A stretch of DNA of 64,000 nucleotides from positions 268,596 to 332,595 of the forward strand of contig JAHFKN010000001.1 in assembly GCA_023245355.1 (NCBI GenBank). The letters are read 5' to 3'. Source of the stretch: Candidatus Gottesmanbacteria bacterium. GTDB taxonomy: Bacteria; Patescibacteriota; Microgenomatia; UBA10105; UBA927. How positions within the stretch are numbered: position 1 is the stretch's first letter; every line of letters starts with the position of its first letter. The notes beneath the pieces are model-generated. The model was not told the DNA's origin and did no database searches. It saw only the letters and a program-made list of their open reading frames with translations. Shown piece by piece: positions 37,674 through 48,184 of this stretch. The position numbers and the translations under genes are program-made.

Positions 37674-38615
37674 TTACAGCGCTTTATAATAGGCAATGGT
37701 TAGCTTGAGTCCTGCATCGACAGGTACCACCGGCGCCCACCCCAACAGCTTCTTCGCTTTGGAAATATCGGGTTTGCGCTGCGTCGGATCATCTGCCGGC
37801 AGATCCTTATGTGCTGTCTCTGACGCGGACTCTGTCATCGTTTTTATTTTGGTCGCCAAATCTACCATCGTGTATTCCTCAGGGTTTCCGAGGTTTACGA
37901 CTTCGCCTTTGGTTTGTTCTTTCTCCATAAGAGAAATAAGACCGGAAACCATATCGCTTACGAAACAAAATGACCGTGTCTGTTTGCCGTCTCCGTATAT
38001 TGTGATCGGCTCACCTTTGAGTGCCTGATTTACGAAATTGGATATCACCCGTCCGTCATCGGGCCGCATCTTCGGGCCGTAGGTATTGAATATCCGGGCG
38101 ATCCGGGCGTCGACGCCGAATTTACGCACGTATAGCATTGTCATCATCTCGCCGAACCGTTTGGACTCGTCGTAACATGCGCGAACGCCGTTAGGATTCA
38201 CATTGCCCCAATATGTTTCCTTCTGCGGATGCTCCTTGGGATCTCCATACACTTCCGACGTGGACGTAAAAAGAAACTTGGCGCCATGTGCTTTCGCAAC
38301 CTTGAGGAGCGCTCTCGTGCCGACGGTGTTAACGAGCGCCGTCTCCTCCGGATAATTCTGATAATCCGGAACCGACGCGGGTGAGGCCAGATGATAGATA
38401 TAATTGATCGGCCCCAGCACCGGCAGCTCGTTGATGACGTCGTATTTTATAAACGTAAAATCCGGATGCTTGCTGGCCTCACGGAGATTATTTTCGTTTC
38501 CGGTCAGCAGGTTATCGAGGGCAAACACTTTATAGCCTTTACTGAGCAATGCATCGACAAGATTGCTGCCGATAAATCCGGCTCCTCCGGTTACTATGCA
38601 TATTTTTTTATTCAT
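37674..38615 (-). CDS. UDP-glucuronate decarboxylase (UDP-xylose synthase)
   Basis: HLASPAS, TSTSEVYGDP..HPQ.ETYWGNVNP.G.RACYDESKR, RIFNTYGP and DDGRVISNF motifs. Confidence 0.9.
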   Translation of the reverse strand: MNKKICIVTGGAGFIGSNLVDALLSKGYKVFALDNLLTGNENNLREASKHPDFTFIKYDVINELPVLGPINYIYHLASPASVPDYQNYPEETALVNTVGTRALLKVAKAHGAKFLFTSTSEVYGDPKEHPQKETYWGNVNPNGVRACYDESKRFGEMMTMLYVRKFGVDARIARIFNTYGPKMRPDDGRVISNFVNQALKGEPITIYGDGKQTRSFCFVSDMVSGLISLMEKEQTKGEVVNLGNPEEYTMVDLATKIKTMTESASETAHKDLPADDPTQRKPDISKAKKLLGWAPVVPVDAGLKLTIAYYKAL

Positions 38616-38641
38616 ACCGTATATTATACACGCCCGCGTGG

Positions 38642-41617
38642 TTACTTCAGTATGAGCGGTACTAACACCTGATACATTTTATCTGCAAGCTTTGCCTGGC
38701 TTTGTGGTGACGGATGCACCACATCCTGTAAATCGGAAGTATCCAACCAGGTATACGGATCGATATATGAAATACCCTTTAGAGAAGCTTCTGCCCGTAT
38801 CGCATTGCTGTATGAACGGATTTCCTGTTCAGAAAAATCCTTCCTCCGCAATAATCCGACGGCGATGATGCGCGTAGAGGGAGTTTCTTCCCGTATCCGT
38901 GACAGTAATGCCGCATAATTCGAACGGAATACATCAAGCGGAACCGTATGAGCCAGATCGTTGGTACCCATAAATATGAGCGCAATGTCGGGTTTGAATA
39001 CGCTTATATCGGTGCTGACACGAAGCAAAGCTGAATCCCATCCTGCAATCGGCGAAACGGACGAACCGAATATACCCGCATTATGAACTCTGTATCCTAA
39101 TTGCTTGGCAAGCATATACGAATAATTGTTTGGCCCGAACGAAGACGTGATCGAATCTCCTAAAATTGCCATGACCGGTTTTTCCAAATCCTCCGGAGGC
39201 ATCACGATGCTTCCTTTATCCGCCGATAATTTCCTGACACGCACATCACACGGCACCATTGCACTACTGCAGATTACCCGCGCCGTTACGGGCACCGGCT
39301 CTTTTGACGGTAACGGTATATCAAGGCGTTTGTTACTAAACGGAGATGCGAGTGTATACACTGCATCCCCGATGTGTAGCTCCAGCATCTGTTCGTCCGG
39401 CACGGTATTTACGCCATCTGCTTCAACACGCAGCATCGTCGCATTTTTCAACCGGAATGATACTTCGCTTCCCCCAAATCGGGAGCTTACCATTTGCTCT
39501 CCTGTTATCGGATGAATGAACCGCATCCACTCTGAAGAATACCGAGTGGCGGGACTATTCAACACATCGGATTCCTGAGGAAGAAAACGGTATGCACTAA
39601 ACATTATTCCTGCTAAAACGACGACCATCGCTCCCTTGCCCGCTATGTTCCTTATCCGTCTGTTTCTCATCAGGAAAAACAGCAGAAGAATCAAAAGTGC
39701 GATTCCCGTGCCCCGATACGACCATACCAGCAGTAATTCTTTGGAATACCAGACGGAAACCCTGCTCGTGTAGTTGGAATCGATTACAAAGCTATTCAGT
39801 CCATCTTTCGTTTTTCTGCTCCGGATATATGATTCACCATCCCAGAGTTTCCATGACGGGTCAAAGCTTTCGGAAAATATAAGTTCTACCGGCCGGTTAG
39901 ATGTGTTGATGTTGACCGTATACAACGTCGAACGAACGCGCTGCTCCTGCTGCCGTTCCAGATCAAAATTTTCCAATTCGCGGTAAAAATGTCCGGCGGG
40001 TTTTGCGTATTCATATACCGCAAGTCCGGTAAACTCGGGCAAACGCGTCATGTATGGCACCGTATCCAGCGCTTTCACCATGCGTTCCCGGAGCAAGGGG
40101 TCATACGACCGGTCGGTCAAAAATATCTCCCCCATCGAGTCCTCGGGGATTACAATATATTTAATGGAATACGACCGGATCAATTGTTGCGCTGACGGGT
40201 CAGTGAGTTCTGAAATAATCGCTTCCGGATCACTTGTTTTAAACACATCGCTGGCATTTATAAGCGGATGATGCTCCGACTGAAACACGAACCGCTGTCT
40301 CCAGGGAACGGCGAGTATACGGCTAAATCCCTGATCCGACACGGCCAGCTGTTCAAACCGGGTATAATCTGAAGCGACAGTCACAGTTCCGAATGTGCCT
40401 CGCACTTCGCCTTTCCAAAACGGCAGCAGTAACAGCATCCAGAAAGCCAGGAACGCCGGGAGCACATATGCCGAGTGATACTTCTTTACCTTGCCCAATA
40501 CCATTTCGATACTTCCGACGGCATAGGGCAACAGCACCGAAAACGACAGCGCCGTCAACAAATAAAATTTCGTAGGATCGCGGAATCCGCTAAACAAGGG
40601 AAGATGCGTAAACGCCCAGTTATACACCTGTCCGAACGGAGGATTTACTCCTTTTGCAAAAAACGCGCCGATCAGGGCGAGCATCACAAAAAAACGGTAC
40701 TGACCATGCTCATGCGTTTTCTCCTGACGTGTAAAAACAAGCGGAAGCATGGCAATAAACGGCAACAGCAGAAATTCCGGACGCATAAAATATGTTTTTC
40801 CGAATATATTCTCCGGCCAGTTAGGATGGAGAAGCGACAGTGTCTTGGAAAATTCCGCCCAACTTAAATATGACAGCCATCCGGGATCACCATAGCCGGC
40901 CGGCAATCCGAACGACGGAGCGGCCATAAGCGGGATAAACCAAAACAGATTTGCTGCAATGATCCAGAGAGCAGGGACTATATACATACGCGCCGTGGCT
41001 ATCCAGCGTGATGCAGGAATGCGTATTACGGCATACAACACTAGTGCGGCATAGAGAAGATATGCGTAGCGTATGTCAAAAATAATAAACGCGACGGATG
41101 CGATGGTAAAAAGCAGCGTGTTTCCGCGGATGAAACTGCCCAGCACAAACGGAGCCGCCGCATACGCCATCATAAGTCCGACCTGACCGCCGCCTGAAAT
41201 CATGAGTATGTAGGTATTCGTCATGTATACCAATGCGCCGATAGCAGCCAGCTTGCGTTCTTTTATGACCGACTTTACAAAATAATATGCTCCCGATAAT
41301 CCGAAAAATAAAAACGGCCAGAAAAACATGATGCGCATGGCAATCAGCCATGGGATATGAAAAACGGATACGAGGAGCCGGATTCCGACATGCAGGTAGC
41401 TATCAAGGTTCAGAATATGAAACGTACTCCCGCCCAACCCGTTCCCTGCCACCTCGCTCCATGCAAGCGGAAGCCAGGTAAAATCTCCGAGCCGCTGGGG
41501 ATATAAAAACGTGAAGTCGGGAGCGCTCAGTATTCCGCCTTTAAACCACCGGAGGTACACCGCTGTGACAATTCCAAGGCACGCCAATTTAACAAAAATC
41601 GGGATACGGAACTTCAT
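38642..41617 (-). CDS. GT-C-like (AftD/DUF3367/YfhO-like) membrane protein with a C-terminal SGNH/GDSL domain
   Basis: Multi-TM N-terminus with APD after TM1, FRDPTKF and FSESFDPSW; C-terminal GDSIT, G, GTND and DVVHP SGNH blocks. Confidence 0.7.
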   Translation of the reverse strand: MKFRIPIFVKLACLGIVTAVYLRWFKGGILSAPDFTFLYPQRLGDFTWLPLAWSEVAGNGLGGSTFHILNLDSYLHVGIRLLVSVFHIPWLIAMRIMFFWPFLFFGLSGAYYFVKSVIKERKLAAIGALVYMTNTYILMISGGGQVGLMMAYAAAPFVLGSFIRGNTLLFTIASVAFIIFDIRYAYLLYAALVLYAVIRIPASRWIATARMYIVPALWIIAANLFWFIPLMAAPSFGLPAGYGDPGWLSYLSWAEFSKTLSLLHPNWPENIFGKTYFMRPEFLLLPFIAMLPLVFTRQEKTHEHGQYRFFVMLALIGAFFAKGVNPPFGQVYNWAFTHLPLFSGFRDPTKFYLLTALSFSVLLPYAVGSIEMVLGKVKKYHSAYVLPAFLAFWMLLLLPFWKGEVRGTFGTVTVASDYTRFEQLAVSDQGFSRILAVPWRQRFVFQSEHHPLINASDVFKTSDPEAIISELTDPSAQQLIRSYSIKYIVIPEDSMGEIFLTDRSYDPLLRERMVKALDTVPYMTRLPEFTGLAVYEYAKPAGHFYRELENFDLERQQEQRVRSTLYTVNINTSNRPVELIFSESFDPSWKLWDGESYIRSRKTKDGLNSFVIDSNYTSRVSVWYSKELLLVWSYRGTGIALLILLLFFLMRNRRIRNIAGKGAMVVVLAGIMFSAYRFLPQESDVLNSPATRYSSEWMRFIHPITGEQMVSSRFGGSEVSFRLKNATMLRVEADGVNTVPDEQMLELHIGDAVYTLASPFSNKRLDIPLPSKEPVPVTARVICSSAMVPCDVRVRKLSADKGSIVMPPEDLEKPVMAILGDSITSSFGPNNYSYMLAKQLGYRVHNAGIFGSSVSPIAGWDSALLRVSTDISVFKPDIALIFMGTNDLAHTVPLDVFRSNYAALLSRIREETPSTRIIAVGLLRRKDFSEQEIRSYSNAIRAEASLKGISYIDPYTWLDTSDLQDVVHPSPQSQAKLADKMYQVLVPLILK

Positions 41618-42210
41618 GGACGTTTTTTGATTTCTCTTGCCGGATTACCGACGACAATCATATATGGCTTCACGCTCTTCGTTACGACAGAGCCGGCACC
41701 GATTACCGCTCCCTTACCGATTCTGACACCGGGAAGAATGATGCAGTGCGCACCAATCCAGACATCATCTTCTATCACGACAGGAGCCGACGTGCACCCC
41801 TGCAGATTTATGGGAACATCACGCTTGGAAAAATTATGATTAAAATCCGTAATGAAGCTATATGCGGATATCTGTACGTGATTGCCTATCTCTATCAGCT
41901 TTTGAGCAGTGATAAAACAATTGTCGTCAATGAGAACGTCCGAGCCGATGCTGACATGCCCGCCGTATCCTGCATCGACACGAGTACATCTTCCGAACCG
42001 CACATTATCTCCGACGCGGATATGCTTTTTATGACTTTGAAAAAAACTATTACTGCCGCCCAAAAACACATCAGCGGACATATCAAAACCACGAAAGTTT
42101 AGTAATACTACATGTATGCGTGAGCAAATAAACTTTATCAACCATTTTGTGGCATGAAAAATAAGTTCAATGTATCCTTTTCTCGCTGTAATTTGTACGG
42201 TGCTGCTCAT
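41614..42210 (-). CDS. Hexapeptide-repeat O-acetyltransferase
   Basis: [40 protein letters not shown]. Confidence 0.85.
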   Translation of the reverse strand: MSSTVQITARKGYIELIFHATKWLIKFICSRIHVVLLNFRGFDMSADVFLGGSNSFFQSHKKHIRVGDNVRFGRCTRVDAGYGGHVSIGSDVLIDDNCFITAQKLIEIGNHVQISAYSFITDFNHNFSKRDVPINLQGCTSAPVVIEDDVWIGAHCIILPGVRIGKGAVIGAGSVVTKSVKPYMIVVGNPAREIKKRP

Positions 42211-42213
42211 AAA

Positions 42214-42600
42214 CTATTTGCGTAACTCTACTACCATTTTGATAAACACATACCACAACATAAAATAAACAATATTAGCTATTGAATCGACAAGGCTGCT
42301 ATTCAAACCCAGCGCAGGAATGATTGACACAACTAAAGCAACTAATATGCCAATCATAATTGTGCTATGTTTAATCGAAAAAAGCGACATCGCAATAAAT
42401 ACCAATATGAGGTGATATAAAAACGGTGAAATAAGCAGGTTGATATACGGTATTTGGATATATAACCTTAGAACAAACACTGCGACGACAAACAATTCAA
42501 GTTCGATCAAATGTTGCTTAATATAGATCCAAAGATTTTCAAAAAAAAGAAGCTGGCCGGAAAGCAATACTTGCTTGTATCTTTCTATTTTATTCTTCAT
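42214..42600 (-). CDS. Small hypothetical membrane protein (about 4 TM)
   Basis: 128-aa hydrophobic, AT-rich ORF; ATGA overlap with the upstream gene. Confidence 0.65.
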   Translation of the reverse strand: MKNKIERYKQVLLSGQLLFFENLWIYIKQHLIELELFVVAVFVLRLYIQIPYINLLISPFLYHLILVFIAMSLFSIKHSTIMIGILVALVVSIIPALGLNSSLVDSIANIVYFMLWYVFIKMVVELRK

Positions 42601-45600
42601 ATATTTTTGCGTTTTATAACCATAAAAATGATTATTCCGATAATCCCGACGACTGTAACAAGTACGCCTTTATAGAAGAGGGACTGGGGATAAAATTCTA
42701 GTATAAGACTCTTTGCTGGCTTCTCTTTCAGATACCAGGCATTTGCATATCCATTTACCTGCATGTGCATGTTTTCCTCATATGTTGGCGGCCTCCAGCG
42801 TGTTATAACTTCCAGAATATTACCGGTTGAATCAATCGGGCTCAATCTCCACAATCCATTGTAATTTTCATTAAATACCAACACGAGGGGAAATGTTGCC
42901 CGGGAAAGATCGACGACATATTTCGTTTGATTAATCCTGGTGTAGGAAATATTCTGATGAACCTGCTTTTCACCCGTGCCGTTATGAATATATAGCGTTG
43001 GTTTGACTATTTCGTGAACGGAAACGCTATCCTTCAGAACGGTTTCTTCGTCGCCTATAGTGACACACTGGTATATATACGCCCCCGTGTCACCGTCTGA
43101 ACCGGAAAAATATCTTTCTTGTGGTGTCGATTTATAACGGCTGAAATTATACGCATAATCTGGTATAACGACATCATCGTCAATTGAAAATGTATCCGAA
43201 TTGATTTTGTTTTTTCTCAGATAAAACTGCGTGCTGGACGAAAGTGCGGAAGCGTTATTAATAACTAACCGATACGTACGCTCCCAATCAAAACCCTGTA
43301 TTTGCGATATCTGACACATCTGTTTCCGCGAATCAATTGTGACGGCCTTCCTTGTGGTTTCACTTAAAAGCGACTGGCGTTTCGGGAATATAAGTGTTAC
43401 CAACTCCTTTGGTTTCGCTTCATATGCACCCAATTCAAACCGATCTGATAGTGGATTCTTCGCAATTCCCGAAAGGTCGACAAAGCGATTCCCTATCATC
43501 ATGCCAATCGGTAAAACCCTCTTCCCGTCTGTTCCCGTGGCAAGGGTTAGCGGATCCAGATAAAATATCCCCTCAGATTTCTCATCGGGAAGCCGATAAA
43601 CCGCACGATCGTCGTAGACGTTCTTCAATGTTTCGATGCGTTTGATTACTACACCAAGTTGTTTCTGGAATAGAAGAGTCGCTGTTGTATATTTTGGACT
43701 ATTGCCAAGCATTTTATTTACAATTCGATCCTCTGACATAGCGAAGTCATATATACGCGCCACCACATCGATAGCCTCCGGAGAATCGAGGCTTGACGGC
43801 ATAAGAATCTGGACTGAATCCCACTGCTCTGTCAATTCTGCTATCACCGGTAATAATGCATCCGCGTCAACATTCCGCTCTCCAAGACTTGCCAGTTCGG
43901 AAATTCTCTTCAGCGACAAGCCTAGACGATGAGAAATTTTCGTTTCGACGGAAGCGGTATTTTCATCCGGAGTTTTTTCCCTCCATCGCTTTATGCGATA
44001 CAGGAGGGATCCAGGTAAAATACTTGTATAGCGAGGGACAATATCTGCTTCCTGCTTTTGCAACTCACATGTAAAGCAGGCTACACCGCTGATTACATCA
44101 CGTATGGGGAGCGACTCAAAAGAGGGATTAACAATAGATTTACCTACTATTTGCTGCAGAATAAAGTCTGTCGTGCCCCACAAAACGGCTCCCACCGCGT
44201 CTTTTGGCTGTCCGTTCAATTGTGTCAATCCAGAAACACTATAAATTTTATTTTTCGTGTACGTTGGAACTTGATATATCTGCCACGGTCCTTCATTCCA
44301 TACGAGAGGATATGTTTTCTTCTGTGATAACACATCTCTATACACATCAGGCGACTCACTGGGTATATCCGTGCTTTTATACGCTATATCTCCCGCCAGC
44401 AGAATATGTCTGATTTGAAAAAGCGTAAGCAGGTTACCTGCGAGTGTAGAATTACTCTGAATTTCTTTTGCGAGCCGGTTGAACATGGCTAACTGACTTT
44501 CATTAAGGTAATAAGAGTATTGAACGAATGGCTTTGGCCTTATAAGGTTAAGCGGGCTATATAAACTGAAATAATTCCAGCTAAATAATGCTGCTTTCCA
44601 TGTCGAATTAAAGCGAGGCAAAATAAGCGTTCTCCCCTCATCATCCAAATTATCCTTGCTCCATGAATCAAAAGATTCGATATAATCGGGAATCGTAAGT
44701 AACGTTGACAAATTCCTGTTGTAATAAAAAAAGCCACGCTGGAAATACGGGAAGTGATATAACAGTACCAAAACGAAAACTGCTGCAATCGCACTTGAGG
44801 AAAGTATTCTCCGTATGGCCGGACGGTAAAACGCAAAAAATTTACTTTCGGAAATTAGATAATTTATGGTAAATGAAATAAGGATTGCAAAGGAAAGCAG
44901 TAACGCAGGGATAAATTTATATTGGGCCGACCGAAAAACCACAAAACCCGGTACATAAAGCATGAAAAGCGAATATAGCCAACCCGTTGGGGGATGTGAT
45001 CCCGCGGAAAAGAAAATGCCCAATAAGGATAAACCGGTAAAATACAAAATAACTTTTTTCTGCTCAATCTGCCTGACCAAAAGCACCGCCGCATACGCAG
45101 CTGGAGCAAATAGCATACTGACAACAATCAATATTTTTTTCTGAAGAAACTGATTTGCATAAGGATGATACGGATTATCGTACCAATCCGGAAAACCCTG
45201 AAGCCGGAATAGATTGCTGACGCTCGTGTGAATGCTAACGGAATCCGTCCATTTCAGCACCGCGGCTTTTCCGCCTACAGCCTGCAACGTACTGTAATAG
45301 GTTGTTATCACATAATAGAGGAACGGAAATAACCAATAAGCATTGAGAAACAAGCTTGTTACAATCGCAACTCCTACAAATCGTGCCGATCGCTTATATA
45401 ATTCTTTTCGTTCACTCCCTGTGGCCAGAGCAATAAAATACACAAACACCATTACAAATGCAGTAAGTAAGCCCCCGAAAAGCGGAAGACTGAGGCCTCC
45501 CCCACCATTAAATAGGAATAACACTGCTGCGAGCAAAATTCCGGATCTTATCGTGTGCGACGATTTGCGCATGACACCAATACATATCATCACTGTAAGC

Positions 45601-46073
45601 GGAAGCGTGGTATATGCAGAGAATGTTGTTCCGGCGCCATACCTCCACAAAGCTAACAAATAAAAATTAAACACATACAAGAATGCTGCCAGCAAAGGGA
45701 ACCACCTATAACGGAAAATGTCACGCAGGGAAAATGCGAGCATATACATCCCGACTTGCATGGCAAAAAACCAAAACACAAACGTCACCCGCTCTGAGTC
45801 AGCTACCGATAGACCTATCCTGCTTGCCGCTGCCTGTATGGATAATATCGGAATCACGCTTATACTTGTGGTATTATCCAATCCGAAACTATCCTGACTA
45901 TTCCACGTAAAAAATCTGTTTTTATACGCCTCAATGACATTTATCGGATATCCCGAATCGTGTCCTGTTAGTATTTGACCATTCGGAATCCACAACAGCG
46001 GTATACAAGAAATAAATCCAATCACCACGATGTCGAATAATCTCGGAAGCGATTTTAAGAAAAATCTAGTCAT
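42597..46073 (-). CDS. Large GT-C-like (AftD/DUF3367-like) membrane protein
   Basis: TGHDSG after TM1, many TMs, FRSAQYKF, large extracellular region, LVFNENYNGLW..VNGYANAW..YPQ and a C-terminal TM. Confidence 0.7.
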   Translation of the reverse strand: MTRFFLKSLPRLFDIVVIGFISCIPLLWIPNGQILTGHDSGYPINVIEAYKNRFFTWNSQDSFGLDNTTSISVIPILSIQAAASRIGLSVADSERVTFVFWFFAMQVGMYMLAFSLRDIFRYRWFPLLAAFLYVFNFYLLALWRYGAGTTFSAYTTLPLTVMICIGVMRKSSHTIRSGILLAAVLFLFNGGGGLSLPLFGGLLTAFVMVFVYFIALATGSERKELYKRSARFVGVAIVTSLFLNAYWLFPFLYYVITTYYSTLQAVGGKAAVLKWTDSVSIHTSVSNLFRLQGFPDWYDNPYHPYANQFLQKKILIVVSMLFAPAAYAAVLLVRQIEQKKVILYFTGLSLLGIFFSAGSHPPTGWLYSLFMLYVPGFVVFRSAQYKFIPALLLSFAILISFTINYLISESKFFAFYRPAIRRILSSSAIAAVFVLVLLYHFPYFQRGFFYYNRNLSTLLTIPDYIESFDSWSKDNLDDEGRTLILPRFNSTWKAALFSWNYFSLYSPLNLIRPKPFVQYSYYLNESQLAMFNRLAKEIQSNSTLAGNLLTLFQIRHILLAGDIAYKSTDIPSESPDVYRDVLSQKKTYPLVWNEGPWQIYQVPTYTKNKIYSVSGLTQLNGQPKDAVGAVLWGTTDFILQQIVGKSIVNPSFESLPIRDVISGVACFTCELQKQEADIVPRYTSILPGSLLYRIKRWREKTPDENTASVETKISHRLGLSLKRISELASLGERNVDADALLPVIAELTEQWDSVQILMPSSLDSPEAIDVVARIYDFAMSEDRIVNKMLGNSPKYTTATLLFQKQLGVVIKRIETLKNVYDDRAVYRLPDEKSEGIFYLDPLTLATGTDGKRVLPIGMMIGNRFVDLSGIAKNPLSDRFELGAYEAKPKELVTLIFPKRQSLLSETTRKAVTIDSRKQMCQISQIQGFDWERTYRLVINNASALSSSTQFYLRKNKINSDTFSIDDDVVIPDYAYNFSRYKSTPQERYFSGSDGDTGAYIYQCVTIGDEETVLKDSVSVHEIVKPTLYIHNGTGEKQVHQNISYTRINQTKYVVDLSRATFPLVLVFNENYNGLWRLSPIDSTGNILEVITRWRPPTYEENMHMQVNGYANAWYLKEKPAKSLILEFYPQSLFYKGVLVTVVGIIGIIIFMVIKRKNI

Positions 46074-46104
46074 ATATTTTCTCGTTATAAACAAGCAGCA
46101 AACA

Positions 46105-47376
46105 TCATACACTCATCCTAGATGCATTACTATGACGGTGCTTCTGCATCTCATTAAACGCCCTAGTAAATTGTTGCTCCCACGTATTAGTACGAGCTAT
46201 TCTAATGGCTTCTTTACGCATACGCATATATGTTTGAGCATCGGATAACACCATTAATATTGCATTAGCGAAACTTTGTTCATCGTCATTCGCGAGTATT
46301 GCTGCACCTTGATCCGCCATTTCTTTGCCAAGAGGAGGAACCTTTGAACTGATAATAGGCAATCCCGCAGCACAATATGCTCGTATTTTTCCAGCATCTC
46401 CGTAATACCGCGGTGAGCCGGATATCGACCGGTACGGAGCAACAGCTATTGCACAAGACGTCATAATTTTAGACATTCTCGTTGCGTCGGGAATAAAACC
46501 ATGAAATATAACGGCCTCAATCTGATGATAATCCCGTATGATCGGCCGTAACCAGGCAAAAGTTTTTTCCGTTCCCCCTATAATATGGAGTGTTGCATCT
46601 TTAAATTTCTTCCTCACGAGTGCCAAAGCCCGTATTGCCACGTCAGGACCGTTTTCTGGTCCTAACGTGCCCATAAAAACAATGGAGTTAGGTATGACTT
46701 TGTTAAGAGGATTCACATGTATTTGGGACGGAAATAATCCGTTTGCAACATGAATAACCGGTGCCGCGCTATAACGGTTTAATCCTGCCTTGATACGCGC
46801 CGGATGTATCGCGCGGGAAACATCCCAGATATAATCTGCATGTTTTGCGCTGAATCGGTCGAATATCAGATACAGCGAATTGAACCACCTGTTCTTATAT
46901 CTGTTCGGTGAATAATCCGAAACGTAGTAGATCACCTTTTTCACTCTTCCTAACCTACGCAACATGATACCCGCCAATGTGTTGATACTTTCCAGACCGA
47001 TAAAATAATCGAATTGCGTTTTATCCCTGAGCGTCCAATCCATAATCGAAAGGAAGTCCCGTATCTTAAAAGAAATATGCGTGCCGTTGGTATTCCGTAA
47101 ATACAAAATGGGCTTAAGAAGCAGAAACCACCAGGAAGGTTTATACGGAATAAACTCGTGCTTTTTGTAGTAATACACTTCGATTTTGTGAAGTACGTCT
47201 TCACTGCTGGGAACAAGCTGGTCGATAAGCACCAGTTTTTTTATCCTCGGAACCAAAAAATCGCGAAGCGGTTCGACACTGCCGTTGGTCGGCATACGCT
47301 TACCGTTTGCCCATAAGGAAAATGTAGCAAACAATACAGACGTGTCTTTTGTAAGCCCGAGGTTAGCGTTTTTCAT
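46105..47376 (-). CDS. GT4-like glycosyltransferase
   Basis: VIYYVSDY, HADYIWDVS, FMGTL and KIRAYCAAGLP motifs. Confidence 0.8.
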   Translation of the reverse strand: MKNANLGLTKDTSVLFATFSLWANGKRMPTNGSVEPLRDFLVPRIKKLVLIDQLVPSSEDVLHKIEVYYYKKHEFIPYKPSWWFLLLKPILYLRNTNGTHISFKIRDFLSIMDWTLRDKTQFDYFIGLESINTLAGIMLRRLGRVKKVIYYVSDYSPNRYKNRWFNSLYLIFDRFSAKHADYIWDVSRAIHPARIKAGLNRYSAAPVIHVANGLFPSQIHVNPLNKVIPNSIVFMGTLGPENGPDVAIRALALVRKKFKDATLHIIGGTEKTFAWLRPIIRDYHQIEAVIFHGFIPDATRMSKIMTSCAIAVAPYRSISGSPRYYGDAGKIRAYCAAGLPIISSKVPPLGKEMADQGAAILANDDEQSFANAILMVLSDAQTYMRMRKEAIRIARTNTWEQQFTRAFNEMQKHRHSNASRMSV

Positions 47377-48184
47377 TCTTGATCCGTGCCCTCGCCTCTT
47401 CAACCATCGCACGGATCCCGTCCCGAAGCTCGATAGTGGGTAACCACCCTGGGATACGTCCCCGGTTAGGTGAAGCTATAGGGTCATGACCGGTTTTGCT
47501 GCCCGGAACCACGACGGCTCCGGTAAAATCGGCAATCATGTTAGCGACATCGATGATCTGAGCCCATTCATAACTGCTGGCATCATACACGGTTTTCCGC
47601 AGCCCCTTGGAATGAAGCGCCATGTGAAATGCATTGGACAAATCCGTGATGTGAGTGAATTGCCGCCACTCGGCGCCGCTGGTCATCATGGTAATTTTTT
47701 TCGTTTTAAGGGCCTGGTAGATGAAGTCCGAAATCACATGGCTTTTCACATCTTCTCCCTCCATATACCCATACGCATTCCACACCCGCACGCATTTACC
47801 TCCCAAAAGGTCTGTCCACACCTCGCCCAGCCGTTTGGTCACTCCGTAGACCGTATCCACTTCTTCAGAAAGCTGGCTGGACACAAAAAGGAACGGTTTT
47901 TTGGCTTTTTCCAGCTGATCAAACACGTTTTTCATAAGAGCCAAATTCCAGTCAAGCTGATTTTTCTGAAGCTTCGGTTCGTAAAGATACTTGCTGCCTC
48001 CCACATCCCACGCGAGAAAATAGACGGCATCAGCCTTTGCCAACGGAAGTTGTGCTATCCGCGCATCTTCTTTTTCCGTACGCTTTATATCGAAACGGAT
48101 TACCGCTTCCCCTTTCGCTTCGAGGAACGCACAAAACGGCGTGCCGATAAATCCTTCTGAACCGATAACCAGATTTGTATTCAT
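47363..48184 (-). CDS. NAD-dependent epimerase/dehydratase (extended SDR)
   Basis: GSEGFIG, FLAWDVGGSKY, YGVTK (YxxxK) and WNAYG motifs. Confidence 0.8.
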   Translation of the reverse strand: MNTNLVIGSEGFIGTPFCAFLEAKGEAVIRFDIKRTEKEDARIAQLPLAKADAVYFLAWDVGGSKYLYEPKLQKNQLDWNLALMKNVFDQLEKAKKPFLFVSSQLSEEVDTVYGVTKRLGEVWTDLLGGKCVRVWNAYGYMEGEDVKSHVISDFIYQALKTKKITMMTSGAEWRQFTHITDLSNAFHMALHSKGLRKTVYDASSYEWAQIIDVANMIADFTGAVVVPGSKTGHDPIASPNRGRIPGWLPTIELRDGIRAMVEEARARIKNEKR

